DNA of 64,000 bases from Elusimicrobiota bacterium. GTDB taxonomy: Bacteria > Elusimicrobiota > Elusimicrobia > UBA1565 > UBA9628. Position numbers and translations under genes: made by a program. Below the pieces are notes generated by a model. That model did not search any database. It worked only from the letters and a program-made list of their open reading frames with translations, and was not told the DNA's origin. The DNA is taken from the NCBI GenBank assembly GCA_016207605.1, contig JACQPJ010000016.1, positions 2,452 through 66,451 of the forward strand, read 5' to 3'. Within the stretch, counting starts at the first letter, position 1; every line of letters begins with the position of its first letter. This document shows positions 8,964 to 18,765 of the stretch, piece by piece.

Positions 8964-9665
8964 ATGCGCGCGCTTCTCGCCGCCTCGCTCGTGTCCCTGG
9001 GACTGTCCGCCTACGGGGAGGAGTTTCCGGCGGCCGTCGGCCGCGCCTCGGCGGGATTTGGAGACTCGCTGCGCCGAGCCCGCGACGAGGAGCTTAAACG
9101 GCACGAGAAGAATCTTATATTGGAACAAATGCGGGGCGATTCCTCCCGGGATGCGACCTTGTGGGCGTTCAGCTACAGGTCGGGAGACCCGGACGAGGAC
9201 ATGTTCTCCGATCGCGTGAACACGGCGTTTTGGGACAGCGCCTTGCCCAACAAAATTTTGGTCTTTGCCGAGAATGCCGCCGGACTCGACGAGCAGATTC
9301 GCGGGACGTACGATGGGGGGCGCCGGTTGCGCAGGCTGGTGATCCTCTCCCAGGGGGCTTCGACTCTCGTCGAGAGCCTGCGCGCGGCCAATCCTCGCGC
9401 TCCCGGGCCGCGGGGCCTGGACCGAGCCTTCGCCCCAGGAGCCGAGATTTTTCTCCAGGCTCCTTGCGTCGGATCCGACGGCGCGCAAGCCAGGTTCATG
9501 GTCCGCGTCGGCAGAAAGTATCTCTCGCGAAACGGCGGCTGGGTCGCGGCGCCGCGCGGGGCCTGTGATTGGAAGACGGGGATCTTGGGCTCGGGCAAAG
9601 GTTATCTCCGGTGCCTCGTTCGACCGGGAGGGACGGTCGAGTTCGCCGAGAACGTGGACTTGTGA
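8964..9665 (+). CDS. Hypothetical secreted protein
   Basis: Signal-peptide-like MRALLAASLVSLGLSAYG. Fills the gap between neighbours; no family recognised. Confidence 0.65.
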   Translation: MRALLAASLVSLGLSAYGEEFPAAVGRASAGFGDSLRRARDEELKRHEKNLILEQMRGDSSRDATLWAFSYRSGDPDEDMFSDRVNTAFWDSALPNKILVFAENAAGLDEQIRGTYDGGRRLRRLVILSQGASTLVESLRAANPRAPGPRGLDRAFAPGAEIFLQAPCVGSDGAQARFMVRVGRKYLSRNGGWVAAPRGACDWKTGILGSGKGYLRCLVRPGGTVEFAENVDL

Positions 9666-10958
9666 TCAGGCCGCGATGAGCGCGCGGGCTTCGTCCAGGG
9701 AGACGGCCCGCTCCTCGCCGGTCCTGAGGTTCTTGAGCTGGAGGACGCCGCGCGCGGCCTCGTCGGGGCCGATGGCGACCGCCCAGGACGCCTTCTTTTG
9801 ATCGGCGTATTTGAATTGGGCCTTGAGCTTGGCCATGCCCGGGAACACGTCGGCGACCAGGCCTTGGGCGCGCAGGGCCGCGCCGATCTCGATGGAGCGG
9901 GGGCGCAGAGAGTCGTCGAAGACGGTGACCACGACGTCCGGGGAGCCGGGGTCCTCGGCGTCGTTTTTTTCTTCCAATAAAAGCAGCAGGCGCTCGAAGC
10001 CGATGGAGGCGCCGCAGGCCGGTACGGGCGGGCCGCCGAAGACCGCCGTGAGGCGGTCGTAGCGTCCGCCGCCGCCCAGCGAGCCGGAGAGCGAGGGATG
10101 GCGGAACTCAAAGACCGGGCCGGTGTAGTAGCCCAGGCCGCGCATGAGGTGGGGCGACAGGCGTAGCCGCGCGTCGGGCGCGACGGCTTGGACCGCGCTC
10201 TCGATGCGGCGCAGGGCCGAGACTTCCGCCGGGCCCAGGGCCTCGTAGGCCGCGCCGGCCTCTTCGCTCATCAAGGTCTTCTCGACCGCGGCGGCGGGAC
10301 CGGCGCCCAGCTCGGCGGAAAGTTCCGTCAGGATTTGAGAGCGCTCCAGCTTGTCGAGCTTGTCGAGGATCACGCAGGCCGCGTCGCGCTTCTCCGGAGG
10401 GACCTGCGCGGTCTCCAGCGCGCGCTCGACGAGGCGGCGATCGTTCAAATGGACCTCGATGCCGGAGAGCCCGAACTCGCTGAAGACCGCCAGGATCGCT
10501 AGGATGATCTCGACCTCCGCGCCCCAGGAGTCCGCGCCGACGATGTCGGCGTCGCACTGCCAGAACTCGCGGTAGCGGCCTTTCTGCGCGCGCTCGGCGC
10601 GCCACACGGGGCCCAGGTGGTAGGCCTTGAACGGATGCGGAAGCTGGGAGCCGTGCCGCGCGTAATAGCGCGCCAGCGGCAAGGTGAGGTCGAAGCGCAG
10701 ACCCAGGTCGGCGAGCTCGCCGTTCTCGGCCCGGGCGCGCTCCAGCGCCTCGCCTCGCCGCATCACCTTGAAGATGAGCTTTTCGTTCTCGCCGCCGCCC
10801 TGGCTCGTGAGCGCCGCCAGGTCCTCGAGCGCGGAGGTCGCGATGGGCTGGTAGCCGAAGGAGCGATAGACGCGCGCGATCGTCTCGGCGGCGCGCTGGC
10901 GCAGGGCGGCCTGGCCGGGCAGGAAATCGCGAAAGCCCGACGGCGGCGTCGAGTTCAT
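9666..10958 (-). CDS. hisS: Histidine--tRNA ligase
   Basis: PSGFRDFLP, LRFDLTLP, WRAERAQKGRYREFWQCDAD, RGLGYYTG, GGGRYD, GFERL. Confidence 0.96.
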   Translation of the reverse strand: MNSTPPSGFRDFLPGQAALRQRAAETIARVYRSFGYQPIATSALEDLAALTSQGGGENEKLIFKVMRRGEALERARAENGELADLGLRFDLTLPLARYYARHGSQLPHPFKAYHLGPVWRAERAQKGRYREFWQCDADIVGADSWGAEVEIILAILAVFSEFGLSGIEVHLNDRRLVERALETAQVPPEKRDAACVILDKLDKLERSQILTELSAELGAGPAAAVEKTLMSEEAGAAYEALGPAEVSALRRIESAVQAVAPDARLRLSPHLMRGLGYYTGPVFEFRHPSLSGSLGGGGRYDRLTAVFGGPPVPACGASIGFERLLLLLEEKNDAEDPGSPDVVVTVFDDSLRPRSIEIGAALRAQGLVADVFPGMAKLKAQFKYADQKKASWAVAIGPDEAARGVLQLKNLRTGEERAVSLDEARALIAA

Positions 10959-10992
10959 GCTGGGTAGGGTAGCAAAATCGTAAACTCGCCGA

Positions 10993-13900
10993 ATGGACGG
11001 CGCTTTGACGGTTTTTCGCGGGCCGTTCGAGGCGCTCGAGGAGGCCTTCGCCGCGCGCGCCGCGGAGCTGCGTCCCGGGCCGGGCGAGGCGCCCCTGCTC
11101 GTGGTCGCGCCCTCGCGCGTCCTGGCCGACCGCCTGGAGCGCCTGCTCGCCGTCGAGAAGGGCCTGCCCCTGCTGGGCGCGCACTTCCACACCTTTCGCT
11201 CCCTGGCCGCCTGGCTTTTAGAAGAGGGGGGGCCGTTCGACGGCACGGTCGTCTCCGATCCGCTTTTTCACGACGCGGTCGTCGAGCAGGTCTTGGACGC
11301 GGCGCCGGGCCTGGACCCCGCGGGCGGCGACCGGCCCCGCGGGTTCGCGTCCGCCGTGCGCGCAAGCCTGCGCGACTTGGCCGACGCGGGCGTGGAGCCC
11401 GCCGCGCTCGAGGAGCACTTCGGCGGCGAGCTGCTGCGCGACCCCGCGGAGCGCGCCCGGCTCAAGACCATGCTCGCCCTGCTCTCGGCCTACGAGGCGC
11501 GCCTGGCGGCGTTGGGCGTTCGGACGCCCTCGGCGCTCGTGCGGCGCGCGGCGGAGCTGGCGGCGGGCTCGGAGAGGCTCTCGGCTTTCCGCGAGATATT
11601 TTATTACGGCTTCTACGATCTCACCGGCCTTCAGCTGGAGTTTTTCGAGGCCGTGACGGCGGGCCGCGCGTCCCGCCTCTATTTTCCTTATCGCAAGGAT
11701 CATCCCGCCTTCCGCTTCGCCGACGATTTCTTCGCGCAGAAGCTCGCGGCCCATAGCGTCGCCGATCTTGACCGCCCCGGCGGCGCCGCAACGGCGCTGG
11801 GCGCCGCGCTCGACGCGCTCTTCGACCCGGCCGCGCCGCCGGCGTCGCCGGCGCCGGGCCGCGTCGCGCTCGTCTCCGCCTCGGGGGCTCGCGGCGAGGC
11901 CTGGGCCGCGGCCAAGGAGGCCGTGCGGCTGGCCGAGGAGGGCATCCCCTATGCCGAGATCGCGGTCGTGGCTCGCGTGCTGGAGCCCTACCGCGCGCCG
12001 CTCGCCGAGGCCTTCGCGGCCGAGGGCGTCCCTCTCGATCTCGGCGGCGAGCCGGTCCTGCGCCGGCCGCTGGCCCGGGCCGCGCTCGACCTGCTGACCT
12101 TGCGCCGCGCGGATTTTCCGGCCGCGACCATCGCGGACCTGGCCGCCTCGCCGTATTTCGCCGGCGCGGCGTCCGGCCGCGCCGCGCTGTGGCGCCGGCT
12201 GATCTCGGGCGTGGGAATCCGCGCGGGCTGGCTGCAGTGGCGCGGCAAGCTCGAGCCGCGCCTGGGCGGCCCGGTCGAGCTTCTGCCCCATCGCGTGCGC
12301 GAGGGCCTGCCCGGTTTCGCGGTCCCGGCCGAGGACGCGGCGGCGCTTTGGACGTTCGTTTCGGACTTGCGCGAGCTCCTGGTAGGCCCGCCCGCCGCCT
12401 GGTCGGCGCGCGCGGCCCAAGCGCGTGCGATCGTCGAGGCGAACCTGCGCCTGCCGTTCGACGCGGACGCCGCCGAGCGCGGCGCCTGGGACGCGGTCCT
12501 AGGCGCCCTGGACGAACTCTCGCTCTTCGACCGGCTCGGCGCGCCCTGCGCGTGGCCGGACTTCCTCGACGCCTTCGAGCTCAAGCTCTCCCGCGCCGTC
12601 TTGAAGGGCGGCGCGCCGGCCTTGGGCGTGCGCGCCCTCGACGCGATGGACGCCCGCGGCCAGCGCTTCCGCGCCGTGGTCCTCCTCGGCCTCAAGGAAA
12701 AGCTCTTTCCCCGCGTCGTCCAGGAGGACCCGCTCCTGCGCGACGTCGCGCGCGCGGCCCTGCGCCACCCGGCCGGCTACTGGATCGGGCGCAAGGCCTC
12801 CGGCCACGAGGAGGAGCGCCTGCTCTTCTACCTCGCCGCGGCGTCGGCGCGCGAGCGGCTGACGCTGATCTACCCGCGCTCCGACGAGGAGGGCCGCGCC
12901 GAGGTCCCCTCGACCTACCTGCGCGAGCTTTGCCGCGCCGCCGGCCTGCCGCCGCCCGGCGAGGCCGGCGGCCTGCGCGTGCCCCGCCCGCCCGCGGGAC
13001 GCCTGCGCTCGGTCGCGCCGGAGCTGCGCACGCCGCGGGAGGCGGTCCTGCTGGCCGCGCTCGACGGCGGCGCGCCCGATCCCGCGCTGGAGGCGGCCGG
13101 CGTGCCCGCGGCGCGCCTGGCGGAGGGCTTCCGTCTCGCGGCCGCGCTCAACGCGCGCGGAGCCCCGGGGCCCTACGACGGGATGGTCCGCCCGCCCGCG
13201 GCCGAGCTGGCCGCCTGGCGCGCCTCCGGCCTCTCGCCGACCGCCCTCGACCAGTACGAGCGCTGCCCCTTCCAGTTCTTCGCCGAGCGCGTCCTGGGCC
13301 TGGGCAAGCGCGAGGAGGGCTCCGAGCGCGGCGAACTGGCCTCGCGCGAGCGCGGCCGGGTCTATCACGCCGCGCTCGAGAGGTTTTACGCGTCTTTGAA
13401 CGAAGCGGTTTGGGACGGCCGCGAGCCGTGGCCGCCGCGGCTGGAGGCGGCGCTTGCGGCTGTCTTCGCGGAGAACGACTGGCGCGCCCTCGGCCTCTAT
13501 CCCCTGCTCTGGGAGGCGGCGCGCGACGCCATGTCGGACCATCTGCGCGCCTTCGTGGTCTGGGACTTTGAGCGCCTAAAGGGCGGGAGCCTGAGGCCGC
13601 GGCTCTTCGAGAAGGAGCTGCGGGGACGGCTGGAGGAAGCCCCGCTCGGCGTGCCTTGGAAGGGCGTGGCCGACCGTCTCGACCTCGACGAGGCGGGGAA
13701 GCGCTTCCGCGTGTCCGACTACAAGACGCGTGCCTCGGTCCGCTGGGGCAAGGACCTGATCCAGGCCGGCGTCGAGGGCCGCGTCCACCAGCTTCCCATG
13801 TACGTCCTGCTCGCCGGAGAGGAATTGGGCGCCGACTGGAGTTTTGCGGAGGGGGAGCTCCTGTTCCTGGAGGCGGACGACGACGCCAAGCGCCGCCTCG

Positions 13901-14112
13901 CCTTCTCGGCCGAAGCTTGGATGCCGCAAAAGGAGGCGTTCCTGAAGGCGCTGGCCGTCCGCCTGGAGGCCGCCGCGGACGGACGCTTCCCCATCCGTCC
14001 CGACGAGCGCGAAGGCGGCCACTGCTCCTGGTGCGACTTCACGACCGTGTGCCGCAAATCCCACGGGCCCTCCCGCGCCCGCGCGGCGCGTTTGGCGCCG
14101 GAGGAGGCTTGA
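10993..14112 (+). CDS. addB: AddB/RexB-like helicase-nuclease subunit (inactive helicase + PD-(D/E)XK nuclease with Fe-S cysteines)
   Basis: YGFYDLTGLQ, EERLLFY, SPTALDQYERCPF, ADRLD...DYKT, CSWCDFTTVC. Its stop overlaps the next ATG. Confidence 0.85.
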   Translation: MDGALTVFRGPFEALEEAFAARAAELRPGPGEAPLLVVAPSRVLADRLERLLAVEKGLPLLGAHFHTFRSLAAWLLEEGGPFDGTVVSDPLFHDAVVEQVLDAAPGLDPAGGDRPRGFASAVRASLRDLADAGVEPAALEEHFGGELLRDPAERARLKTMLALLSAYEARLAALGVRTPSALVRRAAELAAGSERLSAFREIFYYGFYDLTGLQLEFFEAVTAGRASRLYFPYRKDHPAFRFADDFFAQKLAAHSVADLDRPGGAATALGAALDALFDPAAPPASPAPGRVALVSASGARGEAWAAAKEAVRLAEEGIPYAEIAVVARVLEPYRAPLAEAFAAEGVPLDLGGEPVLRRPLARAALDLLTLRRADFPAATIADLAASPYFAGAASGRAALWRRLISGVGIRAGWLQWRGKLEPRLGGPVELLPHRVREGLPGFAVPAEDAAALWTFVSDLRELLVGPPAAWSARAAQARAIVEANLRLPFDADAAERGAWDAVLGALDELSLFDRLGAPCAWPDFLDAFELKLSRAVLKGGAPALGVRALDAMDARGQRFRAVVLLGLKEKLFPRVVQEDPLLRDVARAALRHPAGYWIGRKASGHEEERLLFYLAAASARERLTLIYPRSDEEGRAEVPSTYLRELCRAAGLPPPGEAGGLRVPRPPAGRLRSVAPELRTPREAVLLAALDGGAPDPALEAAGVPAARLAEGFRLAAALNARGAPGPYDGMVRPPAAELAAWRASGLSPTALDQYERCPFQFFAERVLGLGKREEGSERGELASRERGRVYHAALERFYASLNEAVWDGREPWPPRLEAALAAVFAENDWRALGLYPLLWEAARDAMSDHLRAFVVWDFERLKGGSLRPRLFEKELRGRLEEAPLGVPWKGVADRLDLDEAGKRFRVSDYKTRASVRWGKDLIQAGVEGRVHQLPMYVLLAGEELGADWSFAEGELLFLEADDDAKRRLAFSAEAWMPQKEAFLKALAVRLEAAADGRFPIRPDEREGGHCSWCDFTTVCRKSHGPSRARAARLAPEEA

Positions 14113-17100
14113 TGGAGCCGCGCTCCCCGGCCGCCGCCTCGGATCAAGACGAGCGCGACCGCGCGCGCCTGCGCCTCGACGCCTGCGTCGTGGTCGAGGC
14201 CGGGGCCGGCACGGGCAAGACCACGCTGCTCGCCGACCGCATCCTGTTTCGCGTCCTGGCCTGGGACCGTCCGCGCCCCGCACGCATCGAGGAAGTCGTG
14301 GCCCTGACCTTCACGGAGAAGGCCGCGGGCGAGATCCGCCTGCGCCTCTCCGACCGCCTCGCGGAGCTGGCCGCGCGGCTTGCCGGCGCGCCGCTGTCCG
14401 AGGCGGCGGCCGGCCGCGCGGACCTCCTGCTGGGGGAGCTGCGTGGTCCTTTCGGCAAGGGCGACGCCGAGCTTCTGGCCCGCGCCCGCGCCGCGCTCGA
14501 GGACCTGGACAAGGCGCCCATCGGCACCATCCACTCCTTCTGCGCCCAGCTCCTGCGCCTGCATCCCGTCGAGGCGGGCATGGACCCGGGCTTCCGGGTG
14601 GACGAGGGCGACGCCTTCGACGAGCTCTTCGCCGCGGAGTGGGCCGCCTGGCTCGACGATGAGCTGGGGGAACGCCCGCCGCGGCGGTCGGCGTGGCTGG
14701 AGCTGCTTGCCTTGGCGAAACTCGACGAGATCGAGGCTCTGGCGCGCGCGCTTTGCTCCGAGCGCCTCGATCCCGCCGAGCTGGGGCGCCCCGACCCGGA
14801 GGCCGCGGCGGCTCTGCGCGCGCTCGGCCGCGCGGCGGCGGCCCTGCCGGAAGGCCGTCCCCAGCCGCATGGTTCCTCCCGGATCGTTCCCGTCTTGGGA
14901 GCCTGCCGCGCCCGCCTGGAGGCCGCGGCGGACGCCGCGGCGGCCGAGGACCCGGCGCTTGACGCGTCCGAGCCGCCCGTGCCGGGCAAGTCGGCGTGGC
15001 CCAAGGCCTGGGGCGAGGATGCGGCGGGCACGGCCCTGCACGAGCGCGCGCTCGCCGCGGCGGCCGCGGCCTCACCGCGGGGGGAGGCCGCCGCGCGCCG
15101 CGCCGCGCGCCTGCTGCGGCCCTTCGCGGAGCGCTTCCGCCGGGAGTACGCGCGGCGGGGCTGGATCTCCTTCGATGGCCTCCTGCGCCGCGCTCGCGAC
15201 TTGATGCGCGACCATCCCGCCGCCCGCGCCGACCTGCAGGCCCGCTGCGCCGCGATCCTGGTCGACGAGTTCCAGGACACCGATCCCTTGCAGGGCGAGC
15301 TCCTTCTCTTTTTATCCGAGCGTCCGGGCGCCGGCGCGCGGGATTGGCGCAAGCTCGAGCCCGAGCCGGGACGCCTCTTCGTCGTCGGCGACCCCAAGCA
15401 GTCCATCTACCGCTTCCGCGGCGCCGACATCGCCGCCTACGAGGGCTTCACCGCCCGCCTGCGCGAGCGCGGCGCACTGTCCTGCGGCCTGAGCGCCAAC
15501 TTCCGCTCGGTCCCGGGCGTGGTCGAGGCGGTCAACGCGGCCTTCGCGAGCGCCATGCGCCCGGAGCCCGAGGTCCAGCCCGCCTACCGCCCCATCCGCG
15601 CCGCGCGGCCCGCCGCGTCCGGCCCGGCCGTCGAGCTCGTCGCCGTCGAGAACTCAGAGGCCTCCGCGGCCGAGGTGCAGCGGACCGAGGCGGCGTGGCT
15701 GGCGCGCTGGATCCTGGACCATGGCCGCGTGCCGGGCGCGCCGCCCGACGGGAGGCGTCCGCTCAAGGAGATGGCCCTGCTCCTGCGCTCCTCCTCGGCC
15801 CTGCGCCCCTTCCTGGACGCCTTCAAGCGCGCCGGCATCCCCTACGCCGTGGAGATCGAGCGCTTCTTCTACGAGGCGCCCGAGATCGCGGACTTCCTCA
15901 ATCTCCTGCGCGTTCTCGACGAGCCCGGCGACCGCGCGGCGCTGGCCGGGCTCCTGCGCTCGCCCGCGGCCCTCTTGACCGATGACGCGCTGCTCAGTTT
16001 GGCGCGCGCCGACGCCTTCGACTACCGCCGGTCCCTGCCGCCGCGCCTGCTGGCGGCCGCCGAGCGGGGCCGGGCCGAGGCGCTCTATGCGGCCCTGCGG
16101 GACTTGCGCGCGCGCGTGGGGCGCGAGCCGCTCGGCGACTTGGTCGGCGCGGCGCTGGAGCGCACGAACCTCGTCGAGCTCGCCGCGCGCGCCTACCACG
16201 GCCAGCAGACCGTCTCCAATCTTCTCAAGCTTGGCCGTTTAGCCGCGGAAGCTTCGGACGGGCGCGGAACCTCGCTCGCGGAATTTGCCGCGCGCGTGCG
16301 CCAGGCCGCGGCTGACCAGCGCCGCGAGGGCGAGAGCCCGCTGGCCGACGAGAGCCTGGAGGCCGTACGCGTCTTGAGCATCCACAAGGCCAAGGGCCTG
16401 GAGTTTCCCGTGGTCTTCGCGGCCAACCTGTCGGGCCGGCCCGGCGGCGCGTCCGACAAGCCCGCCGTCCGGTTCGCCGGCCTCGGCGGCCGGCCCGCCC
16501 TGCGCCTGGGCGGCCGCGCCTCGGCCGCGGCCGCGCTCGCGGACGTTTTGGAGCGCGGGAAGGAGCGCGCCGAGGCCGTGCGCCTGCTCTACGTCGCGAT
16601 GACCCGCGCCCGCGAGAAATTATTCCTGCTCGGCGGCGCCGAGCCCGCAGCCCATTCGCTGGCCTCTCACCTGGAGGAGGCGGGATTCTGGCCGCTGAGC
16701 GGCCCCGGCATCGCCGCGACGCGCGTCGCGCCGGGCGGCGTCCCCGAGCCGGAGACGTCCGCGGCGCCCGCCGCCGTCCCATCCAAAGCGGAGACCACCG
16801 CCCTGCTGACCGCCTGGGAGCGCCGCAAGGCCCGTCGCGAGCGGGCCACGGTTCCACGCACTCGCGCCGCGACCGGCTATTTGAAGGAAGCTCCGAAGGC
16901 TGCGCCGGTCCCCGAGGAGGAACCCGCTTCTCCGGCTGGCGCCGAGGTCGGCCAGCTCTGCCATCGCGTCCTCCAGGATTGGGATTTCAAGCAAGGCGGC
17001 GATGTTGCGTCCACTGCGTCCCGCGTCCGCGCGGCGCTGGAGCGCCGCGCCCCCGGGCCGCGCTGGGCCGAGGCGGAAATCGAAGCGGCGCGCGTGCTGG

Positions 17101-17402
17101 CGGGCTTTCTCGCCTCGCCGGCCGCCAAGGAGCTCGCCGCCGCCGAGATCCTGGGCCGCGAGGTCCCCTTCGCCTACGCCGACGGCCCCACCGTCGTGCG
17201 CGGCGCCATGGATCTGATCGCCCGCGTCGCCGGGCGCCTCGTCGTCGTGGATTTCAAGAGCGGCCGCGTCGAGGAGGCCTCCGCTGCCTCCGCGCGTGAG
17301 CGCTACGCCGAGCAGGGCCGCCTCTACGCCGAGGCCGTCCGCCGCGCCTGGGGAGAAACCCCGGAGTTCCGCCTGCTCTTCCTGCGCCGTCCCGAACTTT
17401 AG
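14112..17402 (+). CDS. addA: AddA/RexA-like UvrD helicase with C-terminal nuclease
   Basis: EAGAGTGKT, LTFTEKAA, TIHSFC, VDEFQD, VGDPKQSIYRFRGAD, SIHKAKGLEF, LYVAMTRA, GAMDL...DFKS. Confidence 0.9.
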   Translation: MEPRSPAAASDQDERDRARLRLDACVVVEAGAGTGKTTLLADRILFRVLAWDRPRPARIEEVVALTFTEKAAGEIRLRLSDRLAELAARLAGAPLSEAAAGRADLLLGELRGPFGKGDAELLARARAALEDLDKAPIGTIHSFCAQLLRLHPVEAGMDPGFRVDEGDAFDELFAAEWAAWLDDELGERPPRRSAWLELLALAKLDEIEALARALCSERLDPAELGRPDPEAAAALRALGRAAAALPEGRPQPHGSSRIVPVLGACRARLEAAADAAAAEDPALDASEPPVPGKSAWPKAWGEDAAGTALHERALAAAAAASPRGEAAARRAARLLRPFAERFRREYARRGWISFDGLLRRARDLMRDHPAARADLQARCAAILVDEFQDTDPLQGELLLFLSERPGAGARDWRKLEPEPGRLFVVGDPKQSIYRFRGADIAAYEGFTARLRERGALSCGLSANFRSVPGVVEAVNAAFASAMRPEPEVQPAYRPIRAARPAASGPAVELVAVENSEASAAEVQRTEAAWLARWILDHGRVPGAPPDGRRPLKEMALLLRSSSALRPFLDAFKRAGIPYAVEIERFFYEAPEIADFLNLLRVLDEPGDRAALAGLLRSPAALLTDDALLSLARADAFDYRRSLPPRLLAAAERGRAEALYAALRDLRARVGREPLGDLVGAALERTNLVELAARAYHGQQTVSNLLKLGRLAAEASDGRGTSLAEFAARVRQAAADQRREGESPLADESLEAVRVLSIHKAKGLEFPVVFAANLSGRPGGASDKPAVRFAGLGGRPALRLGGRASAAAALADVLERGKERAEAVRLLYVAMTRAREKLFLLGGAEPAAHSLASHLEEAGFWPLSGPGIAATRVAPGGVPEPETSAAPAAVPSKAETTALLTAWERRKARRERATVPRTRAATGYLKEAPKAAPVPEEEPASPAGAEVGQLCHRVLQDWDFKQGGDVASTASRVRAALERRAPGPRWAEAEIEAARVLAGFLASPAAKELAAAEILGREVPFAYADGPTVVRGAMDLIARVAGRLVVVDFKSGRVEEASAASARERYAEQGRLYAEAVRRAWGETPEFRLLFLRRPEL

Positions 17403-17404
17403 AA

Positions 17405-18010
17405 ATGAGCTTTTTCCTGCGCGGCGTCGTGATCGGCTTCTCGATCGCCGCTCCGGTCGGACCGATCGGGTTGCTCTGCATACACCGGACTTTAGCCCAT
17501 GGCCGAGCCAGCGGATTCATGTCGGGGCTTGGCGCCGCCACGGCCGACGCGCTCTATGGAGCGGTCGCCGCTTTCGGCTTGACCATCGTCGCGCAAGCTT
17601 TGGCCGCGCATCAATTTTGGCTTCGAGCTGCCGGAGGCGTTTTTTTGTGCGGCCTTGGCGTCAAAACATTCATGTCCCGGCTGGCGGAGGGGCCGACTCG
17701 CGCGAATGGGAACGGATTGGCTGCGGCTTATGCTTCGACGCTTTTCTTGACCCTTACGAATCCCGCGACCATCTTGTCCTTCGCCGCGGTGTTCGCTGGC
17801 TTCGGATTAGGAACCGGCGGGGAAAGTCCTTCGTCGGCCGCGGCCATGGTGTCGGGGGTGTTTCTTGGTTCCGCTTTGTGGTGGCTGCTCTTGAGCGGCG
17901 TGGTCGCTCTCTTTCGTGAAAGGCTCGGTTCACGGCTGATATGGGTCAATCGCGCATCCGGAGCGATTCTTCTCGGATTCGGAATTGCGGCCGTCTGGTC
18001 GGTTAAGTAG
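17405..18010 (+). CDS. LysE family exporter
   Basis: IAAPVGPIG, LTLTNPATI, GSALWW; hydrophobic throughout. Confidence 0.9.
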   Translation: MSFFLRGVVIGFSIAAPVGPIGLLCIHRTLAHGRASGFMSGLGAATADALYGAVAAFGLTIVAQALAAHQFWLRAAGGVFLCGLGVKTFMSRLAEGPTRANGNGLAAAYASTLFLTLTNPATILSFAAVFAGFGLGTGGESPSSAAAMVSGVFLGSALWWLLLSGVVALFRERLGSRLIWVNRASGAILLGFGIAAVWSVK

Positions 18011-18032
18011 TGCAGCGTCCTAAAAACAACTC

Positions 18033-18081
18033 TTGCTGAATCCGCGTTTTTGACGTATACTTCATATTGTCATATACGTCA
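18033..18081 (+). promoter_or_regulatory. TA promoter/operator
   Basis: TTGCTG-17 nt-TATACT overlapped by the inverted repeat TGACGTATA-N13-TATACGTCA (18051-18081). Confidence 0.65.
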
Positions 18082-18093
18082 TATGATTGAATC

Positions 18094-18336
18094 ATGCAAA
18101 CGAAATTGACCTTGCGGCTCGAGAAAAACCTCATCTCTCAGGCGAAGTCCTATGCCAAGAAGCGGGGGAAATCCATCTCGCGGATCGTGGCCGACTATTT
18201 CAAGGCGTTGGGAGGGCCGTCAGCCAAATCGCGCGCGGCACTGACGCCGATCGTTTGTTCCTTGAAGGGCAGCCTTCGCGGGGCCAACGTCGTCGCCGAC
18301 GATATGCACCGTCGCTGGGAAGAAAAGCATCTTTGA
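18094..18336 (+). CDS. Antitoxin, DUF6364-like ribbon-helix-helix protein
   Basis: MQTKLTLRLEKNLISQAKSYAKKRGKSISRIVADYF; overlaps the PIN gene start. Confidence 0.85.
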   Translation: MQTKLTLRLEKNLISQAKSYAKKRGKSISRIVADYFKALGGPSAKSRAALTPIVCSLKGSLRGANVVADDMHRRWEEKHL

Positions 18337-18755
18337 AGGTCCTCGTCGACACCAACGTCGTGCTGGATCTTCTGCTGGACCGGGAGCCATTTTCCGACTC
18401 CGCCGCCAGGTTGTTTTCCCTGATCGAGGAAGGGCGCGTGACGGGATATCTATGCGCCACGACTCTGACGACGATCCACTATTTGGCGGGGAAAGTCCTG
18501 GGACGCTCCAAAGCTCGCGACGAAGTGCGCAAATGTTTGTCTTTTCTGGAAGTCGCCGCCGTGACCCGGCCGGTCCTGGAAAACGCTCTCAACTCCAATC
18601 TGCAGGATTTTGAGGATGCGGTTCTTTGCGAGGCCGCGCGCGAGATCGGCGCCGAGGCGATCGTGACCAGGAATAAGGTTGATTTCAAAAAAGCCCCTTT
18701 GCCGACGCATACGCCGCAGGAATTTCTTTTGCTGCTGGACCCGCATTTCTCGTGA
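18333..18755 (+). CDS. PIN-domain (VapC-like) toxin
   Basis: TTG start; VLVDTNVVLD, DFEDAV, IVTRNKVDF. Confidence 0.88.
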   Translation: MKVLVDTNVVLDLLLDREPFSDSAARLFSLIEEGRVTGYLCATTLTTIHYLAGKVLGRSKARDEVRKCLSFLEVAAVTRPVLENALNSNLQDFEDAVLCEAAREIGAEAIVTRNKVDFKKAPLPTHTPQEFLLLLDPHFS

Positions 18756-18765
18756 GACCGGCCGC

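Noticed and set aside
10993..17402. Helicase-nuclease pair as a novel defence system or Cas4-like module
   Set aside because: Architecture and motifs match ordinary AddAB recombination-repair enzymes in a housekeeping context.
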